64,000 nucleotides of DNA. Source: an uncultured Pseudomonadota bacterium (GTDB lineage: Bacteria > Oederibacteriota > Muellerivitia > Muellerivitales > Muellerivitaceae). Location of the stretch: positions 1 through 64,000 of the forward strand of contig CAWIIP010000005.1 of the NCBI GenBank assembly GCA_963836235.1. The letters run 5' to 3'. Position 1 is the stretch's first letter, and every line of letters starts with the position of its first letter. Below the pieces are notes generated by a model, which was not told where the DNA came from, searched no databases, and worked only from the letters and a program-made list of their open reading frames with translations. A program made the translations under genes and the position numbers. Below are positions 39,555 to 47,587 of this stretch, in pieces.

Positions 39555-41420
39555 TTAAAACCCAAATATTCCCTTCACCTTATCGGTAGCCGATTTGGCG
39601 TCGCCCGCCGTGCTGACCACGCTTTGATATTCCTTCACGCCATCCCCAAGGGCTTTGAGCGGGTCCTCAGCCTTCGACACCCCATTCCCCGTGTCACTCG
39701 ACGTTACTTTATTTGGATTAGCTGATGAGACACCTTTGCCTGAGTGAGGAGTTGAAACCCCTTGATTCGTCGCAGCCACCCCTTGGCCGCTATCGCGACC
39801 AAGGGCGATAGAACCCATCGAAGCTTGCCCCACGGCTTGAGCCGAAACGGCTTCAGCCGGTTCCCCTTTGGAACCGGCACTGCCTTGGCTTTGGCCTCGG
39901 CTAGCGGCCTCGTCCAAGGTGGTTTGGACACTCGCTCCCCCTGCGCTCATGTGGCTTTGGGGGACAGGCTGGGCAACTTGTGGTTGGCCGCCAGCGGGGA
40001 CGGATGCCCTCACGCTACGACTGCGCAGGTAATCCGTTGCCAGGTGGAAGAGGGACACATACAAATGGGGGCTCAACAGGAAGATCACCACCAAGGCCAC
40101 CAGGGCGGTAACGATCCAGCGTCGAACGAGATGAACCAAGGCCCGTTTGAGCTCGATGAGCAGGAAGGATTTTATCTTCGGCCACCACCCCTGAGCCGAG
40201 CCCGATTGTGTGGCTCCGGTACCGTCGCCACTCCGGCTCGGCACAACCAGGGCTTGTCCTCCACCTAGTGGGGTGGAGGACAGGTGGGCGGAGGCCACCA
40301 GCCGAGGCCCTTGCTTTGGGTGTGCCGGTTTCATAGAGGAACCGGCCCCCCGGATCGAGGCCCCAGCAGGCCCGGGTGTTTTGGATGGAGCAGGAGCTTT
40401 AGCGACGACCGAAACCTTTTCGGTAGCCGTTTTAGGCTGGACAGGCCGGCCTTCCGTTGGCTGAACCGGCGCAAAACCCTTGGCGGTGTAATCCTCCGGC
40501 TGTTTGCCCTGTTTGATCCAGGCCACGAACCCCTTCACGTCCGCCTCGGTCATGGCCTTGTCGCAGGCGATCTGAAGGGCCCGATAGAATAAATCCTGGG
40601 TTTCGGGTGGAGCGAGTTGGATGGTCCCGATAGGGGCCTCCCCCGGCTCCACAGCCGAGGCCTTTTTCTTTGGGCCCGGCTTGAGGCCCGTACCCGGGCC
40701 CAAAGCGGTCAGGCGGAACAGGGCTGTCTCGGAAATACCCCAAATTCCCTTATTATAATTATTCGGAATCCGAATAATTAAGGCCCTGGCTTCGGGGTTG
40801 ATAAGGGGTAATAGGCGGATGGCCCAATTCACTGACTCCAAACTCATGTCCAACTTGACCGCAACCAGGTCTTGGTTCAGGCTCGGATTGGCCCGGATGA
40901 GGTTCTCGACATCCTGGTAACCGGCCCACCAGCCCTTATCCCGTACCCGGTTGTCCGTCCGGCCGATGATGACCGCCTCTTCCTCAGTTGGGTTCTGGAT
41001 ACCCGCCGGAATAGTGGGCCTTTGAAGCCGCCGGAAGGCCTGGTACCGGGATTGGCCGCTCATGAGCCGATAAATGAAATCCGCCACCCTCCATGGTCGT
41101 CCCACCTGGGCCGAAGCCTCAAGCTGAGGTCCACTCTTTGGTTGTGCCAGTTCCAAAGGGGAACTGGCAAGAGCTAACCGGGGATTTTCCGGGTGCAGGG
41201 TCACCCCCGGGGCCAGGGGGCCGGTGGGCTCGGGCCGAAGCTTGACAGGGTTCTTAAGGCCGACGGCCTCGATATTGGCGGCCAGGTCGGCAATCTCCTC
41301 GTCGGAAGCGGCGGGGCCAGGATTGTCCGGGTTCAGGCGGATGTTGGCCAGGGGGACTTCCTGGGTGCCGGGAAAGAGTTCGGGCAAAAGGGCGAGAACG
41401 TCTTCAATGGATACGGGCAT
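39555..41420 (-). CDS. ParB N-terminal-like domain + HTH + transmembrane segment + low-complexity tail
   Basis: IRLNPDNP, LAANIEAVGLKNPV and LMSGQSRYQAF motifs; HTH-like LNQDLVAVKLDMSLESVNWAIRLL; TM WIVTALVALVVIFLLS; GGAGG before ATG 41420. Confidence 0.8.
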   Translation of the reverse strand: MPVSIEDVLALLPELFPGTQEVPLANIRLNPDNPGPAASDEEIADLAANIEAVGLKNPVKLRPEPTGPLAPGVTLHPENPRLALASSPLELAQPKSGPQLEASAQVGRPWRVADFIYRLMSGQSRYQAFRRLQRPTIPAGIQNPTEEEAVIIGRTDNRVRDKGWWAGYQDVENLIRANPSLNQDLVAVKLDMSLESVNWAIRLLPLINPEARALIIRIPNNYNKGIWGISETALFRLTALGPGTGLKPGPKKKASAVEPGEAPIGTIQLAPPETQDLFYRALQIACDKAMTEADVKGFVAWIKQGKQPEDYTAKGFAPVQPTEGRPVQPKTATEKVSVVAKAPAPSKTPGPAGASIRGAGSSMKPAHPKQGPRLVASAHLSSTPLGGGQALVVPSRSGDGTGATQSGSAQGWWPKIKSFLLIELKRALVHLVRRWIVTALVALVVIFLLSPHLYVSLFHLATDYLRSRSVRASVPAGGQPQVAQPVPQSHMSAGGASVQTTLDEAASRGQSQGSAGSKGEPAEAVSAQAVGQASMGSIALGRDSGQGVAATNQGVSTPHSGKGVSSANPNKVTSSDTGNGVSKAEDPLKALGDGVKEYQSVVSTAGDAKSATDKVKGIFGF

Positions 41421-41636
41421 ACTGACCTCCACATAAGGGTTAACCAGCCTATGGGAGGAAGCCTACCGAATATTTTTTGGATTTCCAGAAGTTTCAGCGG
41501 CGGGAGACTTAAAATGCCTTTTCTCGGTCAGCTTTTAGGCAAAATTGAGACGATCAAAGGCCCTATAAGGCATATTATTATTTTATTATTTGGTCGCCTT
41601 TCAAAATACTTGTCCAACGTGGTCACAGTTTTGGTT

Positions 41637-42605
41637 CTACTTTTGATTCCCGATTTCGGTGTCAACTCCAGACACTTTTACAACCGCCCGCCAAAGGGCG
41701 TCCTGATTCGCGCGGTCATGGAGATGTTCATGGCGCATGATCTCAATGGGACCCGTCATCTTTTTTGGAGGCGAGCAAAAAAACTTGCCAGAAACATCGA
41801 CGCCAAACTTCGAGGCCGTGAGATATCTTTTGGCCCCTTCATCGACGGAATGTGACATTCCAGGAATAAGTTTCGAAATCCGCACAAATACGTTCTTCAT
41901 AAGAAAACCTAGATTGCGAGGCGCCAGGGTATCCGGAGCCGCTCCGGGTGAAACGGCGTATACGGCCATGTCCGCGGGTAGCTTTCGAGCAAGGGCCGCG
42001 GCCCACCACGCGACAAATATTTTAGCGTCAGAGTAAGCCGTGCTAGCCTTGTATTTTACATTCGGGGAGCTGCGCAAAATCGCTTCTATGGCTGAAACCC
42101 GGTCGCCTTTGTACTCTTTCGCGGCAAACGCCGCCAAGTCGGTAAATTGAAACAGGGGCACATCACCTCGCGCGGGTTCCGCGCCGGCAATAACGATACG
42201 AGCGTCCGGCGCCAGAAGTCCGGCCCCTAAAAGTCCCATCGTTAACTGGTGATGGCCGATCAACGGCGCTTGCGAAGCCTCAATGTTCTCGCTTGTCACA
42301 ACACGTTCTTTGCCTGGCATCATGCCAGCGTTAAGAAGGAGAAAATCTATGGGTTCGCCTCCCTCTCCCTTAACTAGCTCGGCGACCGCCTTCTTCACGC
42401 TTGCAAACGAATCTAGGTCGAGAGCAAGACCAACGATATTTTTAGTTCCGGCATCGGTCCTTAACCTGCTAACGGCTTCATCCACTTTGGCCTGGCTACG
42501 TCCAGTGACTATAACCTGGCTCCAACCATCCTCGGCCAGTTGCTTAGCTGCCGAGTAGCCTAAGCCAGACGTAGCGCCAGTAACGAGTGCGACAGACTTT
42601 TTCAT
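41637..42605 (-). CDS. SDR-family NAD(P)-dependent oxidoreductase
   Basis: TGATSGLG, LNAG and YSDAK (YxxxK) motifs. Confidence 0.9.
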   Translation of the reverse strand: MKKSVALVTGATSGLGYSAAKQLAEDGWSQVIVTGRSQAKVDEAVSRLRTDAGTKNIVGLALDLDSFASVKKAVAELVKGEGGEPIDFLLLNAGMMPGKERVVTSENIEASQAPLIGHHQLTMGLLGAGLLAPDARIVIAGAEPARGDVPLFQFTDLAAFAAKEYKGDRVSAIEAILRSSPNVKYKASTAYSDAKIFVAWWAAALARKLPADMAVYAVSPGAAPDTLAPRNLGFLMKNVFVRISKLIPGMSHSVDEGAKRYLTASKFGVDVSGKFFCSPPKKMTGPIEIMRHEHLHDRANQDALWRAVVKVSGVDTEIGNQK

Positions 42606-42650
42606 AGTTTGTCTCCTAGTCTAAAATTGTGGAAATTTCATCAATCACTA

Positions 42651-42713
42651 TCTGTAGTACACGCTACAGAGAATCCCAACCGCCGTCAAGCGATATTGTT
42701 GCGGTTGCTACAA
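42651..42713. promoter_or_regulatory. Two candidate TetR operators in the divergent promoter region
   Basis: TCTGTAG-TACACG-CTACAGA (42651-42670) and TTGTTG-CGGTTG-CTACAA (42696-42713). Confidence 0.65.
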
Positions 42714-42752
42714 ATAGATTGTCCGAAGTGTTTCGTATGAGTAAAATGAGGA

Positions 42753-43340
42753 ATGGCTCGAAAAATAGAATTTCATTACGATAACGCGGTGGATCAGGCG
42801 ATGCGGGTCTTTTGGGGTAAGGGATACTCTGGCGCGTCGTTAAAAGACCTTCTCAAGGCGATGAAAATTGGGGAAGGCTCCTTCTACAATACCGTCAAAA
42901 GCAAAAAGCAGCTCTATATTGAATGCTTGAATCGATATGGAGAGGTCGAAGCCAAAAAAAGACATTTGGCCTTAACATCAGCCCCGAATGCGCGTCTCGG
43001 GATGCGGGCTTTGCTAGGCGCTATGTTCGATTGTCTCGATGATCCGAAAAATCCTTCGTATCTTTGCATGTTCGCGGCAATGATTTCTGAAGATGTCATG
43101 GCTGATAAGGAATTAAAGAAAACTGCTGTTGCCACCGTTACTCACGCACAAAAGGTAATTGAAGATAAGCTTGATGAAGACAAGAAAGCGGGGCGTCTTC
43201 CTAAAAACTATGACTCACATACAGTTGCCGCTGTCATAGCTACTTACTGTCAGGGTATATGGCGTATGGCCATGATTTCATACAAACGGGAACAGTTCGA
43301 GCGCGAATCGGAAGCCTTTCTTCGAGGATTGGGTCTTTAG
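42753..43340 (+). CDS. TetR/AcrR family transcriptional regulator
   Basis: MAR..EF....A...AM.VFW.KGY...S..DL...M.I..GSFY...SK N-terminus; divergent from the SDR gene. Confidence 0.92.
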   Translation: MARKIEFHYDNAVDQAMRVFWGKGYSGASLKDLLKAMKIGEGSFYNTVKSKKQLYIECLNRYGEVEAKKRHLALTSAPNARLGMRALLGAMFDCLDDPKNPSYLCMFAAMISEDVMADKELKKTAVATVTHAQKVIEDKLDEDKKAGRLPKNYDSHTVAAVIATYCQGIWRMAMISYKREQFERESEAFLRGLGL

Positions 43341-43438
43341 GTTTAGAATTCCGAATCACACTGATACTCCAACTTCCAAGTCAGCGACACTTCGTCCGAA
43401 GTGAAACAAGAAAATTAGTACTAAAATATATTTTTTCT

Positions 43439-43466
43439 TGTCCACAAAGGGTCCCCGTCGTGGACA
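43439..43466 (+). repeat. 28-bp palindromic site D
   Basis: TGTCCACAAAGGG-TC-CCCGTCGTGGACA. Confidence 0.9.
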
Positions 43467-43484
43467 AACGCGAATCCTATTTAC

Positions 43485-44456
43485 TCAAGGTTTCTCGGGC
43501 GACCACTTGTATAACTTCAAGACTTTCCTGCCGCTGATCGTAACTGGTTCGCCTGTGTAAAACTCCCCAGTCTTTAAATTCGGGACTTGATAGTCCATAT
43601 GATCGAAGTAAGTTAATAAATTGAAATTTCTGTCGTAAATATAAAGCCGCCTTTTAGTGAAATCCTGCTCGCTTCCATCCGGGTACTTCTGGTTTTCGGT
43701 TTGAGTGGAATATTGGGCATAGACATTGCCAAAATCGTCGATAGCGAGAATTTCATTAAAACCGTAATGGTCCCCAGGGTGTTTATTATCCCCGTACCAG
43801 TGCGGCAAAAATATTGTTTTTCCCCCGACCTTGACCTGGTAACGCCCGTTAAACCCATGCTCACCCGTATAAGCCGAAGCAAAGATCTTCGACTTGATCT
43901 TGCCGGAGTCATATCCGTTGATCACGAACAGAATTCTTCCATCCTGCCAGGAATAAAAGACGCCGTTGGATAGGGAGTAATAACCCGGCCAAAGGCTACT
44001 CCCTTTGTCGTTCCATCCGGTTTGAACGAGTCCTTTGTCCCTATTCAGGACGTAAATCCGGTCCCCGTCCAAAACAAGAATATTGCCGATTTCATCCACG
44101 AATATTGTATTTATCTTATGAAGACCTTTTTCCGTCCAGCCCGGCGGAGGTTTCCAATCCAACCTCCGTGCCAATTTCCCGGTTTTGTCGTAAATGAGGA
44201 TGGAAGATCCACAAAAGAAATAAAGGTTGTCATTCACATCGAACTGGACCCTGAAATAGGAATTCTGATCAGGACAGGGGACGGTATAGAGGTCGTGCCG
44301 GACGTATTTTTCCTTGATTGGATAATTTTGGGGGGGCTGTTCGTAATAATCCTTGGCCTTCTCACGGAGGTCCTCCTCCATACCCCAGGCTTTGAAGGGG
44401 CAGAGGACGAGGAACACCGCCATCAGTAAGAGAATGTTTTTTATGCCGTACCCCAC
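43485..44456 (-). CDS. Secreted hypothetical protein, possibly beta-propeller-like
   Basis: Signal peptide; repeated D..GN.Y(V/F) blade-like motifs; GTG start with GGAGG. Confidence 0.7.
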   Translation of the reverse strand: MGYGIKNILLLMAVFLVLCPFKAWGMEEDLREKAKDYYEQPPQNYPIKEKYVRHDLYTVPCPDQNSYFRVQFDVNDNLYFFCGSSILIYDKTGKLARRLDWKPPPGWTEKGLHKINTIFVDEIGNILVLDGDRIYVLNRDKGLVQTGWNDKGSSLWPGYYSLSNGVFYSWQDGRILFVINGYDSGKIKSKIFASAYTGEHGFNGRYQVKVGGKTIFLPHWYGDNKHPGDHYGFNEILAIDDFGNVYAQYSTQTENQKYPDGSEQDFTKRRLYIYDRNFNLLTYFDHMDYQVPNLKTGEFYTGEPVTISGRKVLKLYKWSPEKP

Positions 44457-44478
44457 ATTACCCTCCCCGTCGTGGACA
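44451..44478 (+). repeat. Half-copy of the 28-bp site (site E)
   Basis: CCCCACATTACCC-TC-CCCGTCGTGGACA; centre and right arm perfect, left arm unrelated. Confidence 0.85.
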
Positions 44479-44551
44479 GGTCGTTTCAGGCTTTGGTAGC
44501 CAGCTTTATAAATTCATCATTTATAATGTTTATTAAACCTTGCCCATCCGG

Positions 44552-45493
44552 TCAACGGACTGCGGGTTGTCCCGTCTTTGAGTAAGCCAGCCTACCGCCG
44601 GCCTTGGCTACTTTGACCAAGGCCTTCCATTCCTCTTTCTCCTGGGCCGAACCAGCCTTTCTGAAACCCGCCTCCAACAGTTGCTTGACGAAAGTTCGGT
44701 AGAGGCCCTCGTTGGCTTCGCTCTCGTCCACCCAACCGCCCTTCCCAAAGGAGAAAACCCAGTACCAATCCACCCCCGGCGCAACCTCCTGCGGGATGAC
44801 CAGTACCTGCCCCCGGCCGTTGTCCGTGTCCTCCGGAATCAATCCCCGGGTAAGGATTTGGCGTTGGCTTAGGAAGTCCACGTCATGCACTTCCACTGCC
44901 CGGTAAGTCAACGTCCCCTCTTTTTCACCGTTATCCTGGTCGATGAACCTGAAATGGTTCTCGTCCAGGGTTACCACGCCAGTGAAAGTGACCCCTTCTC
45001 TGCCTTTTTCGTTTCCGAAATACCAGGCCCTCACAGGGTGGGCCTGGGTATCAATGAGATAAAGGTCGTCCAGGCTGCGCACTATGGTGAACCTTTGATT
45101 CCCAGCCGTAATGGGGTCAACCTCCAGGTTCACAGCGCAGTCTTTGCATCTTGTCTCTGAATAGATATCGGCCCCGGCCTGCACTTCGCTGACCGCCCCG
45201 GCACGCTCATGCCACACCAAACTGATTTGGATATACAACCCAAGTTCCTTCAACCGCGCCACCGCGGGGTCCCAATCCTTTTCGTCCGGGGATTGGGCTT
45301 GCTTCAACAGGGCCGGGATGTTGTTGCTTTGGGATATTCTCAAAGGGGTCATTTTCTGGCCTATTTCCGGTTTCATTTCCAGGAAGCCGCTGGACAGGCT
45401 TCCATCCGGGTTTAAAATCTGGCCACCCCAAGCCGCCGGACCCGCGACAGCAAAAACCAAAACAATCATCAGCGGATTTTTTATTTTCATCAT
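44552..45493 (-). CDS. Secreted hypothetical protein
   Basis: Signal peptide MMKIKNPLMIVLVFAVAGPAAWG from ATG 45493 (ORF track start 45592). Confidence 0.7.
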   Translation of the reverse strand: MMKIKNPLMIVLVFAVAGPAAWGGQILNPDGSLSSGFLEMKPEIGQKMTPLRISQSNNIPALLKQAQSPDEKDWDPAVARLKELGLYIQISLVWHERAGAVSEVQAGADIYSETRCKDCAVNLEVDPITAGNQRFTIVRSLDDLYLIDTQAHPVRAWYFGNEKGREGVTFTGVVTLDENHFRFIDQDNGEKEGTLTYRAVEVHDVDFLSQRQILTRGLIPEDTDNGRGQVLVIPQEVAPGVDWYWVFSFGKGGWVDESEANEGLYRTFVKQLLEAGFRKAGSAQEKEEWKALVKVAKAGGRLAYSKTGQPAVR

Positions 45494-45563
45494 TTCCCCC
45501 CCATCACGGAATAAAAGCTTCACCCTGAGCAACCAATCATAGCCCAAAGTACTAAGCGGGAAG

Positions 45564-45591
45564 AGAGTCGAAGTAGTCCCCGTCCTAGACA
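45564..45591 (+). repeat. Half-copy of the 28-bp site (site H)
   Basis: AGAGTCGAAGTAG-TC-CCCGTCCTAGACA; right arm 11/13. Confidence 0.7.
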
Positions 45592-45600
45592 ACCCTCACA

Positions 45601-46578
45601 TTATTTTTGGATCAAGCCGACATTGGGATGTTCAGCCATTGATCGGGCTTTTAATTGGCTCTCCATGGCCGGGCAAAGAAAAAGTAGCACCGCCATGATC
45701 AATAGGACCGGGGTGAGGTAACGGCTCCATCGGGCCGATACCTCATTCTGCCCGAGGATCTCCGTTTCAGTGGGTGGGTCCAACCCTTTTGCCCCGGGCG
45801 CTGGCAACCACCAGCAAGTGAGTCCCCAAGCGGCCAGAGCGGACAAAACCAACCCCGCTACCTTCCAAATATTGGAGGGCGCAAAAAACGAAGAATGAAC
45901 CGAAGCCGTCGAGGAGATCACGTCTATACCCAAATGCATCACCATGAATCCCCACAAAACGTTCCCTCCCCTCTCAAAGAGAAAGGCGGCGGGAAACGCA
46001 AGGACAAAGGACGTAAACATGGGGACCAAGATCGGTCTCAGATAAAAAGGGCCTGCTCCCGGAACATATCGACCGATATGGTAAGCCGACCACAGCAGGC
46101 CAGACAGGATGGACGCCCCAAAAAAGGACCGCCCAGACCTCAAAAATTGAAAAAGAAATCCCCGGAAGAAAGATTCCTCAAAAAGCCCCGCCATAAAGAC
46201 AAATTTAATCAAAGCGATAGTGGGGACTTGTCGGAAAGAAACAAGACCGGTTTTAGGCGCAATGAAGAAATCGCAAAAGAATATGGGAACCAGGGAAAGA
46301 AATCCTATGGCCAATTGCCTCAAAAGAGGTTTTTTAAAACCGAGGCACCCAAGTGTTTTGGACCAGGAAATGGATTTAAGGCTCTTGGTGAATAAGACGG
46401 TCAGGCCCATCAGGACAATGGCCGTAAGGATATTATGAATTTCCCAGAATGGCTCGTTCCCGGGGCCGAAAGGAATGAAAAACAAGTCCGCTGTTATGGC
46501 CAAAGGCAGCATGATGACCAATATGATGACCGACCAAAACAGAAGGGCCCAACGGAAGCGCCAATAAGACGGTTTCAT
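45601..46578 (-). CDS. CPBP (CAAX/Abi-family) intramembrane metalloprotease
   Basis: EESFFRG, WSAYH and MHLGID motifs; multiple TM helices. Confidence 0.88.
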   Translation of the reverse strand: MKPSYWRFRWALLFWSVIILVIMLPLAITADLFFIPFGPGNEPFWEIHNILTAIVLMGLTVLFTKSLKSISWSKTLGCLGFKKPLLRQLAIGFLSLVPIFFCDFFIAPKTGLVSFRQVPTIALIKFVFMAGLFEESFFRGFLFQFLRSGRSFFGASILSGLLWSAYHIGRYVPGAGPFYLRPILVPMFTSFVLAFPAAFLFERGGNVLWGFMVMHLGIDVISSTASVHSSFFAPSNIWKVAGLVLSALAAWGLTCWWLPAPGAKGLDPPTETEILGQNEVSARWSRYLTPVLLIMAVLLFLCPAMESQLKARSMAEHPNVGLIQK

Positions 46579-46633
46579 GAAATGGACGCCCCCTTTATAA
46601 GCAACTTCATATCCATTGCCTCATCATATTACC

Positions 46634-46661
46634 CGTCCACGACGGGTCCCCGTCGTGGACA
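46634..46661 (+). repeat. 28-bp palindromic site F (best copy)
   Basis: CGTCCACGACGGG-TC-CCCGTCGTGGACA; perfect 12-bp arms. Confidence 0.92.
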
Positions 46662-46676
46662 GATGAAATATTTTTT

Positions 46677-47414
46677 TCAAAGAATCCCGCTAAAACAATC
46701 CAAGATCGAGGCCTTGATGGGCATGAAGTACGCGTTTCCATCTACGGCAGTGATACGGCTCAAAACCGTCTCAGCAAATTCCCGGTTCCAGTCTAGTGTT
46801 GGCCTAAAATTCTCAGGAAACACAACTTTGTTTCGAGTCTCCCAATAATTTTTTGAACCGAGGCTTAAAACCGGTGAAACACCCCAAAAGACCTCATACG
46901 ATTTAAGTAACTCGGAATAAATGTCAAAGAGACGAATATCGAAAAAAGGTTGCGTGAAAAAACCATCGGCGCCGGCATCACGTTTGGCATGGGCATATTC
47001 GAGTTCTTTGTGAATCCCTTGGCGGTAAGGATCAAAGGCGGCATAAATCTTAATTCCGGGGATTTCCCGTTTGAATTTTTTGATAACTTCCAACACATCG
47101 GATGGGTACATTTTTCTGGACATGTCTTGGGGAATGTCACCGCTGATAACAATGATTTCTTTAAAATGATTCTCTTTCAGAAAAACGGCCATTGGCAAGG
47201 GTTCCTTCAAGTTAATATCAACGGCCCGAAAATGCGGTATCGCGTTTTGAAAATAGGGTTTCACATATCCGCATGCCACCCAGCTTCTTAAATCAAATCT
47301 CAATAAATCCGGAATGTTTATCGCGTTTACCTTCTTCAGGTTTTTTGAGATTTTTTCCACTTCTTCCAAAATGGATTCTTTACTTCGGGGAACCAATTCC
47401 AATGAAATTCTCAT
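46677..47414 (-). CDS. Short methylenetetrahydrofolate reductase (MetF-like)
   Basis: SLELVP, INIPD, PHFRAVD, SGD and KRDAGADGFFTQPFFD motifs. Confidence 0.82.
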   Translation of the reverse strand: MRISLELVPRSKESILEEVEKISKNLKKVNAINIPDLLRFDLRSWVACGYVKPYFQNAIPHFRAVDINLKEPLPMAVFLKENHFKEIIVISGDIPQDMSRKMYPSDVLEVIKKFKREIPGIKIYAAFDPYRQGIHKELEYAHAKRDAGADGFFTQPFFDIRLFDIYSELLKSYEVFWGVSPVLSLGSKNYWETRNKVVFPENFRPTLDWNREFAETVLSRITAVDGNAYFMPIKASILDCFSGIL

Positions 47415-47476
47415 AGTGTTTAACACCTGTTCCTAATGATTAAGCATCAACGCTTCATTTTCTGACGGCCCACCTT

Positions 47477-47504
47477 TGTCCACGACGGGCCCCCATCGTG
47501 GACA
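47477..47504 (+). repeat. 28-bp palindromic site G
   Basis: TGTCCACGACGGG-CC-CCCATCGTGGACA. Confidence 0.9.
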
Positions 47505-47587
47505 AGAGCCAACTCACCTTGACATTGACTAAGATAGTGAATTTATGAACCTGAAACCATTTTGAAATGGGGGGAAATCTCCGCTTT

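Noticed and set aside
41611-41624. TGTCCAACGTGGTC as a left half-site downstream of the SDR gene
   Set aside because: Only TGTCCA aligns without gaps; too weak despite the suggestive position
43439-47504. 28-bp sites as classical attC or XerCD dif sites
   Set aside because: No RYYYAAC/GTTRRRY cores, too short for attC, GC-rich arms unlike dif, and no integrase in the window
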